Part shown: positions 27,187 to 37,371 of the stretch, one piece after another
Layout of the letters: every line of letters begins with the position of its first letter
How positions within the stretch are numbered: position 1 is the first letter of the stretch
Assembly (NCBI GenBank): GCA_043822925.1
Contig: JBDRBF010000032.1
Coordinates: forward strand, 1 to 41,426
Direction of reading: 5' to 3'
Length of the DNA stretch: 41,426 nucleotides
Source of the DNA: a bacterium
GTDB lineage: Bacteria > Babelota > Babeliae > Babelales > RVW-14
Position numbers and translations under genes: made by a program
Notes under the pieces: generated by a model
Seen by the model: the letters and a program-made list of their open reading frames with translations, nothing else
Database searches by the model: none
What the model was told of the DNA's origin: nothing

Positions 27187-28731
27187 CTATTTCTTGCGAT
27201 TCTCAAGCTCACTAAAACTCATAACATATTCTGTTAATAATCTAATGCCAGCACCCGAAGCTGTTTTGCCCAGATAATTTATATCCGGTACATTATCAGC
27301 TGTACCTGCAATATCAATATGGGCCCAGCGCGCCTTTTTAACAAACTCACTCAAGAAGCATGCACCAATAATCGTGCCTGCTTTATAAGCGCTTGAACCA
27401 CTATTGCTCACGTCAGCAACATCTGACTTATTTGCTGGCTTAAAGTCGTCGTCTAGAGGTAACGGCCATATACGGTCACCAGTTAACTGCCCAAGTTCAG
27501 GCAACTCACGCTGTAAATGCTCATCTTGCGTCATAAGGCCTGAATAAAAAAAACCAAGCGCATAAGAACAAGCGCCAGTTAACGTCGCGACATCAATCAT
27601 CACATCAGGTGAATAAAACTTTTCAGCATAACAAAGTGCGTCAGCCAAAATTAAACGCCCTTCAGCGTCAGTATTTTTAATTTCGATAGTCTTGCCATTC
27701 ATAGCAACAACAACATCGTCTTGACGTGTTGCTTTACCGCTTGGCATATTTTCAACCAATGGCGTAAGCGCTATAACATTTAAATCAAGCGTTTTAATGT
27801 GCCCAAGAATATCCATAACAGCGAGTACACACGCAGCTCCGGACATATCAAATTTCATGCCAGACATACTATTTGATGGCTTTAAGCTTATGCCACCAGT
27901 ATCAAACATTACCCCTTTGCCAACAAGGGCAATAGTAGATGCATCTTTTGATTTTGCTTTATGCTCTAAGACAACAAATTTACCATCTTGATCTGAACCA
28001 GCATCAACTGAACAAAAAGCGCCCATGCCCAACTCTAACGCTTTTTCTCGCCCAAAAACCGTGCACTTAAAACCATGCTTATCTGCAATTTTTTGCGCTT
28101 GCTCGGCCAAAGCTGTCGGCGTCATAATATTTGCCGGAGTATCAGCCCATTCGCGCGCTTTATTAATCGCGTTACCAATAATAGTCCCATGCTCACACGC
28201 GTTACTCATAATACCTGCTTCGTCAGGACGAACTTCAATCAGCAAACTCGTTTGCCACGCTTTTGGCTTTGTCGACGTTTTTAATGCCACAAATTCATAT
28301 GCTGCCATATACGCAGTCATAACCATTTGTTTTAGTAACTGCCCTCTATCTATCTTATAAACAGTTTCTTCAGGCATAGCCAAAATAGCATTTGTTATGT
28401 TTTTCTTTTTCAAAATATGCACGGTTTGGCCAATAGCACGACGCAAAATTTCCAATTCTACGTGCCACACTTTTTCGCCCTTGCCCAAGCCAACAAAAAT
28501 AAATTCTATAAATTTGTCTTTATGCATAGCAGTAAGTGCAAACGACTGCCCCTTTTTCCCCTCAAATTCATGCTTTTTTAATAATGCTTTTACGTGCGGG
28601 TAGAATTCTCGCTCTATTTTTGAAAGATTGGAAAGATCTGAAGAATTACTCAAGCCCTCGTTCATGAAAAAAATATAACCCTCAGCTTGGTTATCCCAAA
28701 AAGCTGTCTCTGTTATTTGTATCGTTATCAT
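27187..28731 (-). CDS. pepA: Leucyl aminopeptidase (M17)
   Basis: VGKGVMFDTGGISLK, MKFDM, NTDAEGRLILAD, ATLTGA, WAHIDIAG. Confidence 0.95.
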   Translation of the reverse strand: MITIQITETAFWDNQAEGYIFFMNEGLSNSSDLSNLSKIEREFYPHVKALLKKHEFEGKKGQSFALTAMHKDKFIEFIFVGLGKGEKVWHVELEILRRAIGQTVHILKKKNITNAILAMPEETVYKIDRGQLLKQMVMTAYMAAYEFVALKTSTKPKAWQTSLLIEVRPDEAGIMSNACEHGTIIGNAINKAREWADTPANIMTPTALAEQAQKIADKHGFKCTVFGREKALELGMGAFCSVDAGSDQDGKFVVLEHKAKSKDASTIALVGKGVMFDTGGISLKPSNSMSGMKFDMSGAACVLAVMDILGHIKTLDLNVIALTPLVENMPSGKATRQDDVVVAMNGKTIEIKNTDAEGRLILADALCYAEKFYSPDVMIDVATLTGACSYALGFFYSGLMTQDEHLQRELPELGQLTGDRIWPLPLDDDFKPANKSDVADVSNSGSSAYKAGTIIGACFLSEFVKKARWAHIDIAGTADNVPDINYLGKTASGAGIRLLTEYVMSFSELENRKK

Positions 28732-28758
28732 CTTAAAATCCCCTTCACATTAATTACG

Positions 28759-29226
28759 TTATTTAATTTCTTTTGATTCCAAAAACGTCCAAGAACCATC
28801 AGGTTGCTCTTTAAAGCGCAAAATTCTTTTTACTGCATACACCGGAATTTTTTGAACCCCATATAAATGGGGATATTTCTCGCCCCCTGGCTTGTTGCTT
28901 TCTACACGCAGTTCTATGCCCTGTTTTTGCAAAAAATCAAGATCAAGCTCAACAACCAATACGAGCCCAGCACTTTTGAAAAATTTTTGCACTACGCCCA
29001 TTACCTGGCGACCAAAAGACACGTGTGTAAATCCTGAAGAAATATCGAGCGGCATAAGCTTTATGCAACTTTCAGTATTATCCATATCCAAATTTGCTTC
29101 CGGAATTATTTTATAAAAAGCATCAGATTTTAGCATCTCCCCCTTTTTATAAAACAAAAACCAGGCTAAACACAAAGCAAGAATAATGGGAATTATGATA
29201 AGACATAGATTCTTAAAATTTAACAT
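28759..29226 (-). CDS. DUF952-family protein with N-terminal TM helix
   Basis: YKI, D..SGFTHVS...Q, E....EKYPHLYG. Confidence 0.7.
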   Translation of the reverse strand: MLNFKNLCLIIIPIILALCLAWFLFYKKGEMLKSDAFYKIIPEANLDMDNTESCIKLMPLDISSGFTHVSFGRQVMGVVQKFFKSAGLVLVVELDLDFLQKQGIELRVESNKPGGEKYPHLYGVQKIPVYAVKRILRFKEQPDGSWTFLESKEIK

Positions 29227-29256
29227 ATCTGCTCACGTATCATATTTAATGCCCTT

Positions 29257-29664
29257 CTAAAAAATCGTAAGATTCTGATCAGAATCTAGCCCTATTTTGG
29301 CTTTTATTAATTTAAATATTTTGAGAGCTATCACGATAGCTTTTTCAACATCGGAACGATCAATCTCAAAATAATCATCCGGATATCTTATATAAGTTGC
29401 ATAGGGAATTAACGTAATAACATCATCAATCAAGGCCTTTAGTGATTGATCAAGAGCTACACACAATTCCAAAAGCTTAGCTAAATCATGTGTCCTGGTA
29501 GGCGATTTATGCTTAAAAACAAGATACGCCTTTAAAGCCTTTTCTGCACATTGTTGCGTATGATAAGCAGCTGTATCAAGGGTATCATCATCATCTTTTA
29601 ATAATTTTTTTGCAGATCTCAAATCACTCAGGGCTTTACGTAACCAATCTTTATGCCCTGGCAT
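29257..29664 (-). CDS. HEPN domain protein
   Basis: WL.KA..DL..A, YHTQQCAEKALKAYL, THDL..L, RYP. Confidence 0.9.
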   Translation of the reverse strand: MPGHKDWLRKALSDLRSAKKLLKDDDDTLDTAAYHTQQCAEKALKAYLVFKHKSPTRTHDLAKLLELCVALDQSLKALIDDVITLIPYATYIRYPDDYFEIDRSDVEKAIVIALKIFKLIKAKIGLDSDQNLTIF

Positions 29665-29971
29665 AAATCACCTTACCTTGTTGTTTAACTCTATAAGAAA
29701 GAGACGTTTCTTTTTGTGCTAACGCTTCAAACTCATCGCTCGTATAAACAATTATCTCTTTAGCTATCTCCAGGCCCCACAATGCTTTATAACCATCAAA
29801 ACTTCGCTTAATCGCCCGTTCCTGTGATGAATCAACGACAATTAACAAATCCAAATCACTATCTTCAGTTGGGGTACCCCAAGCATACGAGCCAAAAAGA
29901 TAAATTGTCACAGGATTGTATGTTTTGACCAGGCGATTCTTTACTTCTTCTATAGTCTCTTTGCTAATCAT
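29651..29971 (-). CDS. Minimal nucleotidyltransferase (MNT)
   Basis: IYLFGSYAWG...DSDLDL; overlaps the HEPN gene. Confidence 0.9.
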   Translation of the reverse strand: MISKETIEEVKNRLVKTYNPVTIYLFGSYAWGTPTEDSDLDLLIVVDSSQERAIKRSFDGYKALWGLEIAKEIIVYTSDEFEALAQKETSLSYRVKQQGKVIYARA

Positions 29972-30003
29972 AAATTCCTCTTTTTAAGCACTATAATTTT
30001 TGA

Positions 30004-31713
30004 TTATACAAATTTAATTCTACCAAGCTTATTTGGTGAAATTGTAGTATTTCTTTTAAGATATGCCCTTAATAATTCTTTTTCTGTGAGCTTCGTATCT
30101 TCCAGGTCTGGCAACTGCGCAAACATAAAGAACGCCCCAAAATGCTGTTTTTGTATCATCATAGCAGTAATAATGACAAAATATTCTTGATCATCGCGCA
30201 ATGGCTCAAGAGAACCATCTACTTTTTGCAGAGCAGCATATATAGTTCGCGCGCCATTTTCTTTTATTCCAACAATCGCATGCATATCATTTTTTTGTAA
30301 CACTTGTGACTGCTTAGTCAAATCAACATGATACACAAGACCTGAAGGGTGCAACAAATTTCTCGATTCACCCGGCAAATCAGCAACCCCTAGCTCCAAA
30401 GCCTGTTTTATCACTTTGCCGCTCGCTTTTACTTTTATCAACGTATTATCTTTAAATGGGAACCAATCATCTAGAGCGCTTTCAGTTACACTGCCTGGAG
30501 GCAAAATGCCGCGTCCCCTAAAGCTTGAACCATTCAAAAGAACAATGTCAGCCTCAAAATGTTCTTTTATAATATCGGCAACAAAATTGGCAAAAGAATT
30601 TTCCTGCGTTCTTAAATTATGCTTACTTGTATCAATAGGTTCTGTTGAGGTTGTAATCGTTAAATTGTTAGGCAACAAATCTTTATAATATTGGAGCTTT
30701 TGCTCACATTGCTGATCTTGCACAATCGATGCATTTACTTCTAACAAGTCCCAATCGTAGGTTAATTTGCCCTGCTGCTTAGGCCAAAGTTTCATGACAC
30801 CTACATAAATACCTCGATCCCCCGGATGAACAATTATAGTTTGAGAACCATCGGGTTTATTCGTAACAATTTCTTGGCCTTTTTTAATCACCGCATGATC
30901 ATGCCCGCCACAAATAACATCTATGCCATCAACTTTTTCAGCCAAAAGCTTATCGCCTTCGACGCCAAGATGTGAAAGCACGATAACAAAATCTACTTTA
31001 TCTTGTTTACTCAGCTCATTTACTGCTGCCTGGGTAACCCCATAAAGATCTTCTTCTAATTTAATCACATCACGCTGGGCAGAAGAAACATCGTGAGAAA
31101 AACCATACCCCTTTGGATCAGTTAACATTAAACCTAAAATTCCAAGCTTAAATCCGTTTTTTTGCACAATCAGCTTTTTACTTATAGCATTCGAAGATAA
31201 AATCTCTGGATTCTTGAGATTGGTTGCGATTAACGGGAACTTACAACAGGCTAACGCTTTATCCGCAGATTCCATACCGAAATCAAATTCATGATTTCCA
31301 ATCGTCGAAGCATCGATTGCCAACATATTTAAAAAATCTGCAATCGCTTGTCCGCCAAATGCAGAAAAATATTTACCTACTCTAAAGTCTTCTACAAAAT
31401 AATCGCCCGAACCAAAAAATAAGACTTTATTTTGATACTCGCTTCGTATCGAATTTAAAAGCGTAAACAAGCGCGATACGCCACCCTGTTCTTGTAATGT
31501 TTTATCCTGCCCCCAAACATATGCAGGTTCAAGCTGACCATGAAAATCTGATATCGTTGTAATAACAACTGCTGGTTCCTGCTGGTTTTTTGCCAAAGGC
31601 CCATTACATGAAGCAAATAAAAATAAAACAATAAGAGAAGAATAAATCACCACGGGGATACACGTTTTTACCAGACGTTTTTTTACTTCTTCTATAATTT
31701 CTTTGCTTATCAT
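30004..31713 (-). CDS. 5'-nucleotidase/UDP-sugar hydrolase, probable lipoprotein
   Basis: SDFHG, GD, GNHEFDFG, LSHLG, GGHDH, NGSSFR; FASC lipobox. Confidence 0.9.
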   Translation of the reverse strand: MISKEIIEEVKKRLVKTCIPVVIYSSLIVLFLFASCNGPLAKNQQEPAVVITTISDFHGQLEPAYVWGQDKTLQEQGGVSRLFTLLNSIRSEYQNKVLFFGSGDYFVEDFRVGKYFSAFGGQAIADFLNMLAIDASTIGNHEFDFGMESADKALACCKFPLIATNLKNPEILSSNAISKKLIVQKNGFKLGILGLMLTDPKGYGFSHDVSSAQRDVIKLEEDLYGVTQAAVNELSKQDKVDFVIVLSHLGVEGDKLLAEKVDGIDVICGGHDHAVIKKGQEIVTNKPDGSQTIIVHPGDRGIYVGVMKLWPKQQGKLTYDWDLLEVNASIVQDQQCEQKLQYYKDLLPNNLTITTSTEPIDTSKHNLRTQENSFANFVADIIKEHFEADIVLLNGSSFRGRGILPPGSVTESALDDWFPFKDNTLIKVKASGKVIKQALELGVADLPGESRNLLHPSGLVYHVDLTKQSQVLQKNDMHAIVGIKENGARTIYAALQKVDGSLEPLRDDQEYFVIITAMMIQKQHFGAFFMFAQLPDLEDTKLTEKELLRAYLKRNTTISPNKLGRIKFV

Positions 31714-31720
31714 AAATCCC

Positions 31721-32095
31721 CTACTTGTTCTTAAATTTTACAATACCCTCTTGCAGCACTTGCAGAGCAAGCAGCGCGCACTTAAGCCGCACCGGCCCCA
31801 ACGGAATGCCAACAAGCTTTAAGATATCATCTTTCGATAAAGACAAAATAGTATCGATATTTTTGCCCAAACACAATTCTGTCAGCATAGATGCTGCAGC
31901 CTGGCTGATCACGCAGCCAGTACCCGAAAAAGCAACGTGCGTTAGTATGCCATCTGTAACTTTCCCCTGCATAACAATCTTGTCACCACATGACAGGTTT
32001 TCTTGGCCGGCTAAAAAATCGGGCGCTACGATCTCACCTTTATTGCGCGGGTGCTTGTAATGGTCCAGAAGTTCTTCTTGATATAAATCTGTCAT
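31721..32095 (-). CDS. sufU: SufU/NifU-like Fe-S assembly protein
   Basis: LYQE.LLDHYKHPRNKG, NLSCGD, GCVISQAAAS, RLKCALL. Confidence 0.9.
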   Translation of the reverse strand: MTDLYQEELLDHYKHPRNKGEIVAPDFLAGQENLSCGDKIVMQGKVTDGILTHVAFSGTGCVISQAAASMLTELCLGKNIDTILSLSKDDILKLVGIPLGPVRLKCALLALQVLQEGIVKFKNK

Positions 32096-32112
32096 ATTTT
32101 TACTTTAATTAT

Positions 32113-32568
32113 TTATTTAATAAGTTTTTCGATTTTATCGATATAAGCCAAACTATCTTTACGATGCAATTTGGTAAATTCAACTTTCATAGTTTCGACC
32201 GCAAGCAATAGAAGCGTTTTATCTTTCTTTTGTTGCATAATGTTGAAAATATCGGCTTCAAGCACAGGAATTTTCTTCGTCGTTATCCAATAAATAAAAT
32301 CATAGTCAATTCCAAAATACTTATGAACTACAACGTTCCTAAAATCAACAATTTTACGCCACTCTGTACTTGATCCTTCCAAAAAAGACGGCGTCTCTAA
32401 AAGATTTTTTGCCGCCTCTCCTATAACAGTAAGATCTTGAAGTGTAGATTTAAATATTTTCTCATCACCAACAAAATGATCAAATGACAAATTTTTCACA
32501 TTACGTTTTATACTATCTATCGACATTAAAATATCGATTAAAAAAAGCTCCGGATGGCGTTTAGACAT
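32113..32568 (-). CDS. HepT-like HEPN ribonuclease (DUF86)
   Basis: VIGEA.K, WRKIVDFRNVVVHKYFGID (Rx4H). Confidence 0.9.
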   Translation of the reverse strand: MSKRHPELFLIDILMSIDSIKRNVKNLSFDHFVGDEKIFKSTLQDLTVIGEAAKNLLETPSFLEGSSTEWRKIVDFRNVVVHKYFGIDYDFIYWITTKKIPVLEADIFNIMQQKKDKTLLLLAVETMKVEFTKLHRKDSLAYIDKIEKLIK

Positions 32569-32863
32569 AGATAAGCTCCTTTTTTATAAAATGCATTATA
32601 AATGGTCTAACCGTATCTATGTATGCAAGGTCAACTTTCTTACTAAATTGCTTTTCTAAGAGTTCTTTCAAATCAAATTGTTTATCAAAGTCTTTTTTCT
32701 TTGCTTCAAGTAGTATGTCAATGTCACTCGCAGGAGTCGCTTCATCTCGAGCATAAGAACCAAAAAGTATGATATTATCTACATCAAAATTTTTTCTAAA
32801 AAAATCTTTGTTTTTTCGTAGAAAATTTAAAATCTCTTCTTTTGTCAATTTACTCTCAGACAT
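32561..32863 (-). CDS. MntA-like nucleotidyltransferase antitoxin
   Basis: LFGSYARD....SDIDIL, KKVDL. Confidence 0.9.
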   Translation of the reverse strand: MSESKLTKEEILNFLRKNKDFFRKNFDVDNIILFGSYARDEATPASDIDILLEAKKKDFDKQFDLKELLEKQFSKKVDLAYIDTVRPFIMHFIKKELIYV

Positions 32864-32923
32864 AAACCCTCCTGACTAAACAAGCACTATTAAAAACCGC
32901 CAACAATTCACATCTCTTTAATT

Positions 32924-34168
32924 TTATAATTTTTTGAAATAATTTATTGCATCTTGCAGTTTAGCCAACAAAAACTGGATATCTTCAGAAGTATTATACG
33001 CGCCAAAGCTCACCCGGATAAGTGCATCAAAGCCGAGTTTATTTACTAACGGTTGTGCGCAATGGTGTCCAACGCGCAGTGCAATATTATGCCTGCCCAA
33101 ATAATCGGCAATATCATGCGCATGAATTCCATTAACAGCAAAACAAACGATATGCCCATGTTTTTTAAGTTTCTCAATATTTCCGGCTATTATAACAGAA
33201 TCTATCTGAGACAGCCCTTCAAGAAGCTGTGAACACAAACTAGTTTCGTGCTGAGCAAGCTCGCTAAAATTTATATTATTTTTAATATAATCGAGCGCAC
33301 TGCCAAGGCCAATAACTTCAACGATAGGTGGCGTACCTGCTTCAAACTTTTGTGGAGATGGCGCCCAAGAAGAAACTTCACACGAAACACTGTGCACCAT
33401 CGAACCACCAACTTTATACGGCTGAACAAAATCGTGCATATTTTTACGAATATACAAAATGCCGATACCGGTCGGCCCCATTAACTTGTGTCCGGAAAAC
33501 GCCAAGAAATCTGGCTGTAATTTTTGGATATCTATAGGCATATGCACGACAGATTGTGCAGCGTCTATAAGCACTTTAGCTCCAAGAGCATGCGCATGAG
33601 TAATAAGCGCATCAAGCGCCCCTGGTTGCCAAATATCTCCAAATATATTTGAAGACTGCATTACGGATACTAATTTTGTTTTTTCGTTTATTAATTTTTT
33701 GGCAACCAAAACGTCGAGATTTTCAAGCTCAAATAATTGCGTATTAATTGGTATAAATTTTAAAATCGCCCCCGTTTGCTGCGCAACGCGCTGCCAGGGT
33801 AACATGTTTGCGTGATGCTCAGCTTCAGAAACCAAAATCTCGTCGCCCGATTTTAGGTTAGTACACGCCCACGCCTGAGCAACAAAATTAATACTCTCAG
33901 TAGTCCCACTCGTAAAAATAATTTCTTCACGATGCTGCGCATTTATAAATACTTGGACAGTATCGCGCACAGACTCATATTTTTCAGTCGCGTCTTCTGC
34001 AAGTTTATATAATGCCCGGTGCACACTTGCATAGGATGTTTTATAAAACACACTCATAGCATCAATTACTTGTTCTGATTTTTGATACGTTGCTGCGCTA
34101 TCTAAATACACCAAATTCTTATGATGCGTAAAAATAGGAAAATCTTTTTTAATATTTTTTACGTTCAT
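32924..34168 (-). CDS. sufS: SufS cysteine desulfurase (start may be 34183)
   Basis: YLDSAAT, GTTESIN, EHHAN..PW, DAAQ, FSGHK, FEAGTP, RVGHHCAQP. Confidence 0.93.
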   Translation of the reverse strand: MNVKNIKKDFPIFTHHKNLVYLDSAATYQKSEQVIDAMSVFYKTSYASVHRALYKLAEDATEKYESVRDTVQVFINAQHREEIIFTSGTTESINFVAQAWACTNLKSGDEILVSEAEHHANMLPWQRVAQQTGAILKFIPINTQLFELENLDVLVAKKLINEKTKLVSVMQSSNIFGDIWQPGALDALITHAHALGAKVLIDAAQSVVHMPIDIQKLQPDFLAFSGHKLMGPTGIGILYIRKNMHDFVQPYKVGGSMVHSVSCEVSSWAPSPQKFEAGTPPIVEVIGLGSALDYIKNNINFSELAQHETSLCSQLLEGLSQIDSVIIAGNIEKLKKHGHIVCFAVNGIHAHDIADYLGRHNIALRVGHHCAQPLVNKLGFDALIRVSFGAYNTSEDIQFLLAKLQDAINYFKKL

Positions 34169-34498
34169 GTATCTATACCCCATAAATAATTACCGAGCGC
34201 CTGAAATACACGCATAAAATGCACGAATCTAAGCTTAGTATATTGCCTAAAAATAACAAAAACCATTATAAGCCCAATTCGTATCAGAGCATAGTATACG
34301 CACTCAACATATTACAAGTAGAAAGATTATTAAATTTTTTGTACTGTTTTTACAAAATCACAGCTCTTATAATAACATTAAACGCTTTCTTGTGGGCTTT
34401 ATCGCACTATTTTATTGAGTATTTCGCAAAATAATTAGATACTTAACAACATTATTCGATCGTAAAATAAAGGCTTATAATTTAAGAGCTGCAACCTT

Positions 34499-34556
34499 CC
34501 CTTCGATGCTTCGACAAGCTCAGCATAAGCGCAGCTCAGGGTGAGCGCAGTTCAGG
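34499..34556 (+). repeat. REP-like element with 16-bp tandem subrepeats
   Basis: tgcttcgacaagctcagcataagcgc (34507-34532); AGYTCAG at 34517, 34533, 34549. Confidence 0.7.
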
Positions 34557-34576
34557 ATAAGAAACAAAATACTTAG

Positions 34577-36142
34577 ATGCAAAACATAAAAAAAATATTA
34601 ATAGCTAACCGGGGCGAAATAGCGCTGCGCATCAACGCAACCTGTCACGCGCTTAATATACAAACCATCGGTGTATATGCGCCAGAAGATATGTATTTGT
34701 CTTACGTCTATAAAGTAGACCAAGCCTACCTACTATCACAAGCTGGTATAAACGCATATCTAAACCAAGAAGAAATAATAGAAATAGCTCTACAAACGCA
34801 CACAGATGCTATACATCCCGGCTATGGTTTTTTATCCGAGAATGCGATATTCGCACAAAAAGTTATAGATGCTGGTTTAATCTGGATCGGGCCAGACCCG
34901 CAAACACTCGCGCTTACCGCACACAAAACTGATGCAAAAAACTTTGTAGAAAAACTGGGCATACCAATTGTTCCCGGCTTTCATATCAACGGTGCCCAAG
35001 ACGAGCAAAAGCCAGAAACAAATAATTTGGCTAGTGCTCACCAAATAGCTCATAAAATAGGCTTTCCAGTAATATTAAAAGACCCACTGAGTGGCGGTGG
35101 CAAAGCCATGAAACTTGTACACAATCAAGAAACTCTCGAAATTGCTTGGGACAGCGTACAAAGAGAATCTAAAAAATTAACAAACTCACAACAAATAATC
35201 ATAGAAAAATACTTGCAAAACCCTCGGCACATCGAAATACAAATTGCCGGCGATGGGCAACATGCTATACACCTGTATGAACGCGAATGCTCGATACAGC
35301 GCAGACACCAAAAAATCATTGAAGAAGCTCCGTGCCAATTTATCCCGCAAGAAACAAAAGAAGCTCTTTACGACACAGCAACTATTATTGCAAATAATTT
35401 AAAATACAAAAATCTTGGCACCATAGAGTTTTTAGTCATGCCGGATCAAAGCTTTTATTTCTTAGAAATAAACCCGCGATTACAGGTAGAACACTCGATC
35501 ACAGAAATTACGACCGGATTAGATCTTGTCGCGCTACAAATCGAAATAGCTCAAACTGGAAAGTTACCCGTACAGCAAGAACAAATAACACAAAAAATGC
35601 ATGCTATCGAATGCCGAATTTACTCAGAAGACCCAGCGAATAATTTCTTCCCATCTACAGGGCTCATAGATTTACTCAGCTTACCCCATGGGCCATTTAT
35701 TAGACACGAACACGATCTATCAGAAAACATGCTTATCACATCTGATTTTGACCCCATGCTCTCAAAATTAATTACGCACGGCCCTGATAGAGCCTGCGCT
35801 ATTGGTCATATGAAAGAAGCTCTTAATAATTTTATTATTGCTGGCGTTACGACTAATATATCTTTTCTTAAAGCGCTCTTAAATTCTCCTGATTATATTT
35901 CTGGAAACTTTTCAACACAGTTTTTACATGATAAAACAAAAATAGACGTTTTATTAAAGACATATGAAGACAAAGTCAGGAACTGCGCTCATGCAGAGCT
36001 TGTCGAAGCATCAACCGCTTTCTCCCAAGAAGAAATAGCAGCAATCGTTACGCTCATCTCAGAAATAAAACAACAAAAACCAGTACAAAAAGCGCCACAA
36101 ATCCAAGACAACAAGCGCTGGAAGCAACAGGTATGGGAATAA
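34577..36142 (+). CDS. accC: Biotin carboxylase (acetyl/propionyl-CoA carboxylase subunit)
   Basis: ILIANRGEIA, HPGYGFLSEN, GGGK, ERECSIQRRHQK, EINPRLQVEH, FDPMLSK. Confidence 0.9.
   Translation: MQNIKKILIANRGEIALRINATCHALNIQTIGVYAPEDMYLSYVYKVDQAYLLSQAGINAYLNQEEIIEIALQTHTDAIHPGYGFLSENAIFAQKVIDAGLIWIGPDPQTLALTAHKTDAKNFVEKLGIPIVPGFHINGAQDEQKPETNNLASAHQIAHKIGFPVILKDPLSGGGKAMKLVHNQETLEIAWDSVQRESKKLTNSQQIIIEKYLQNPRHIEIQIAGDGQHAIHLYERECSIQRRHQKIIEEAPCQFIPQETKEALYDTATIIANNLKYKNLGTIEFLVMPDQSFYFLEINPRLQVEHSITEITTGLDLVALQIEIAQTGKLPVQQEQITQKMHAIECRIYSEDPANNFFPSTGLIDLLSLPHGPFIRHEHDLSENMLITSDFDPMLSKLITHGPDRACAIGHMKEALNNFIIAGVTTNISFLKALLNSPDYISGNFSTQFLHDKTKIDVLLKTYEDKVRNCAHAELVEASTAFSQEEIAAIVTLISEIKQQKPVQKAPQIQDNKRWKQQVWE
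35985..36010 (-). repeat. Inverted REP-like copy inside the biotin carboxylase CDS
   Basis: Reverse complement is 24/26 identical to 34507-34532; encodes AHAELVEA. Confidence 0.75.
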
Positions 36143-36144
36143 GC

Positions 36145-36792
36145 ATGAACACAAAAACTATTAAAAAGCTTTATCGCACACAAGAAAAAAATTACACCGT
36201 TACGCTGGCGCAAATATCAGGCGACATATTTCAAGTCACCGTTCACACCCAAGACCATGAGCCCAAAACCGGCACACTCGTTATAAAAAAACATGACCTA
36301 AATAAAAACGAGCTCTTTTTTGAGCTCAATAAACAATTACTTAAAGCACACGTAGCTGCAAGTAATAATAAAAGTTATGCCATTCAGCTTTGTAATACAA
36401 ATTCACAGTATCTTGTGCAAAGTCTACAAACAGTTATTCCAGCATACGGCTTGCCTAAAATAAACCCCGCTCTCCAAACTCACATACCAAAGACTCAAAC
36501 TCATACCCCAGCTCAAAGCTCAGACCAAAATTCTAATTGCAATTTTAGCCACCAAGACTCCCAATTACTGGGACAAAATACGCTCAAAGCACCACTTGCC
36601 GGAAAAATCATCAAAATATTAGCCAAAAATAACCAAAGCGTGACAATTAACCAACCGATCGTCATCATTGAATCAATGAAGATGGAAAATGAAATTTGTG
36701 CACCTTATGATGCAACTATCAAAACCCTTCCGATTTGTACCGGCGATTTGGTAAAAGTAGGGCAAGTCTTGATGGTTTTTGAAAAGACTTGA
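36145..36792 (+). CDS. Biotin carboxyl carrier protein
   Basis: APLAGKI..IESMKMENEI.AP. Confidence 0.9.
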   Translation: MNTKTIKKLYRTQEKNYTVTLAQISGDIFQVTVHTQDHEPKTGTLVIKKHDLNKNELFFELNKQLLKAHVAASNNKSYAIQLCNTNSQYLVQSLQTVIPAYGLPKINPALQTHIPKTQTHTPAQSSDQNSNCNFSHQDSQLLGQNTLKAPLAGKIIKILAKNNQSVTINQPIVIIESMKMENEICAPYDATIKTLPICTGDLVKVGQVLMVFEKT

Positions 36793-36820
36793 TGTTTTTT
36801 TGAAAAGAAAGGAGATCATA

Positions 36821-37207
36821 ATGCAACAACAAAAGATGAACATGAGCGAAAAGAAGCTACGAATAGGGGATCTTGCTAAGGCTCTCAAAGTTCAACGCTA
36901 TGTCATTCGCTTCTGGGAAAAAGAATTCGCACTCACTTCCGACCGATCACAAGGTGGACAACGCTTTTACACCACAACAGATTTAGAACTATTTAGCAAA
37001 ATTAAAACGCTTTTATATGATCAGGGCTTTACTATTTCTGGAGCAAAAAAACAAATAAAGAGCAAAAATAAAAGCGACAAAACAATTCTAGCTGCAACAA
37101 AAGAGCAGGACACGGGACCCGCTTTTGACGTCCAAAAACAAGACGAATTCATGCTCAAGATCAAGAGTTTCAAAGAAGAACTCTTAAAACTCGAACGTCT
37201 GCTATAA
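36821..37207 (+). CDS. MerR-family regulator
   Basis: RIGDLAK...YVIRFWEKEF..GGQRFY..LLYDQGFTISGA; AAGGAG RBS. Confidence 0.9.
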   Translation: MQQQKMNMSEKKLRIGDLAKALKVQRYVIRFWEKEFALTSDRSQGGQRFYTTTDLELFSKIKTLLYDQGFTISGAKKQIKSKNKSDKTILAATKEQDTGPAFDVQKQDEFMLKIKSFKEELLKLERLL

Positions 37208-37302
37208 CCCACATATAATCCCTAAAAAAACAGAGAACGTTTTTTGTAAGACAAAAGCGTTCTTTTTGTGTAATCTAAAGCATATTTGAGACTTGAAGTC
37301 AT

Positions 37303-37330
37303 TGTCATCCTGGACTTGATCCAGGATCCA
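37303..37330. repeat. REP-like palindrome
   Basis: tgtc-atcctgga-cttga-tccaggat-cca. Confidence 0.55.
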
Positions 37331-37371
37331 AGTCCATAAAATCCCACTAAAACTTGTGAAACAAAAAACCT

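Noticed and set aside
27187-28731. PepA as recombination accessory factor for the island
   Set aside because: It lies outside the att boundaries; adjacency alone is not evidence.
34219-34434. 71-aa ORF between sufS and accC
   Set aside because: No RBS or motif; AT-rich divergent promoter region.
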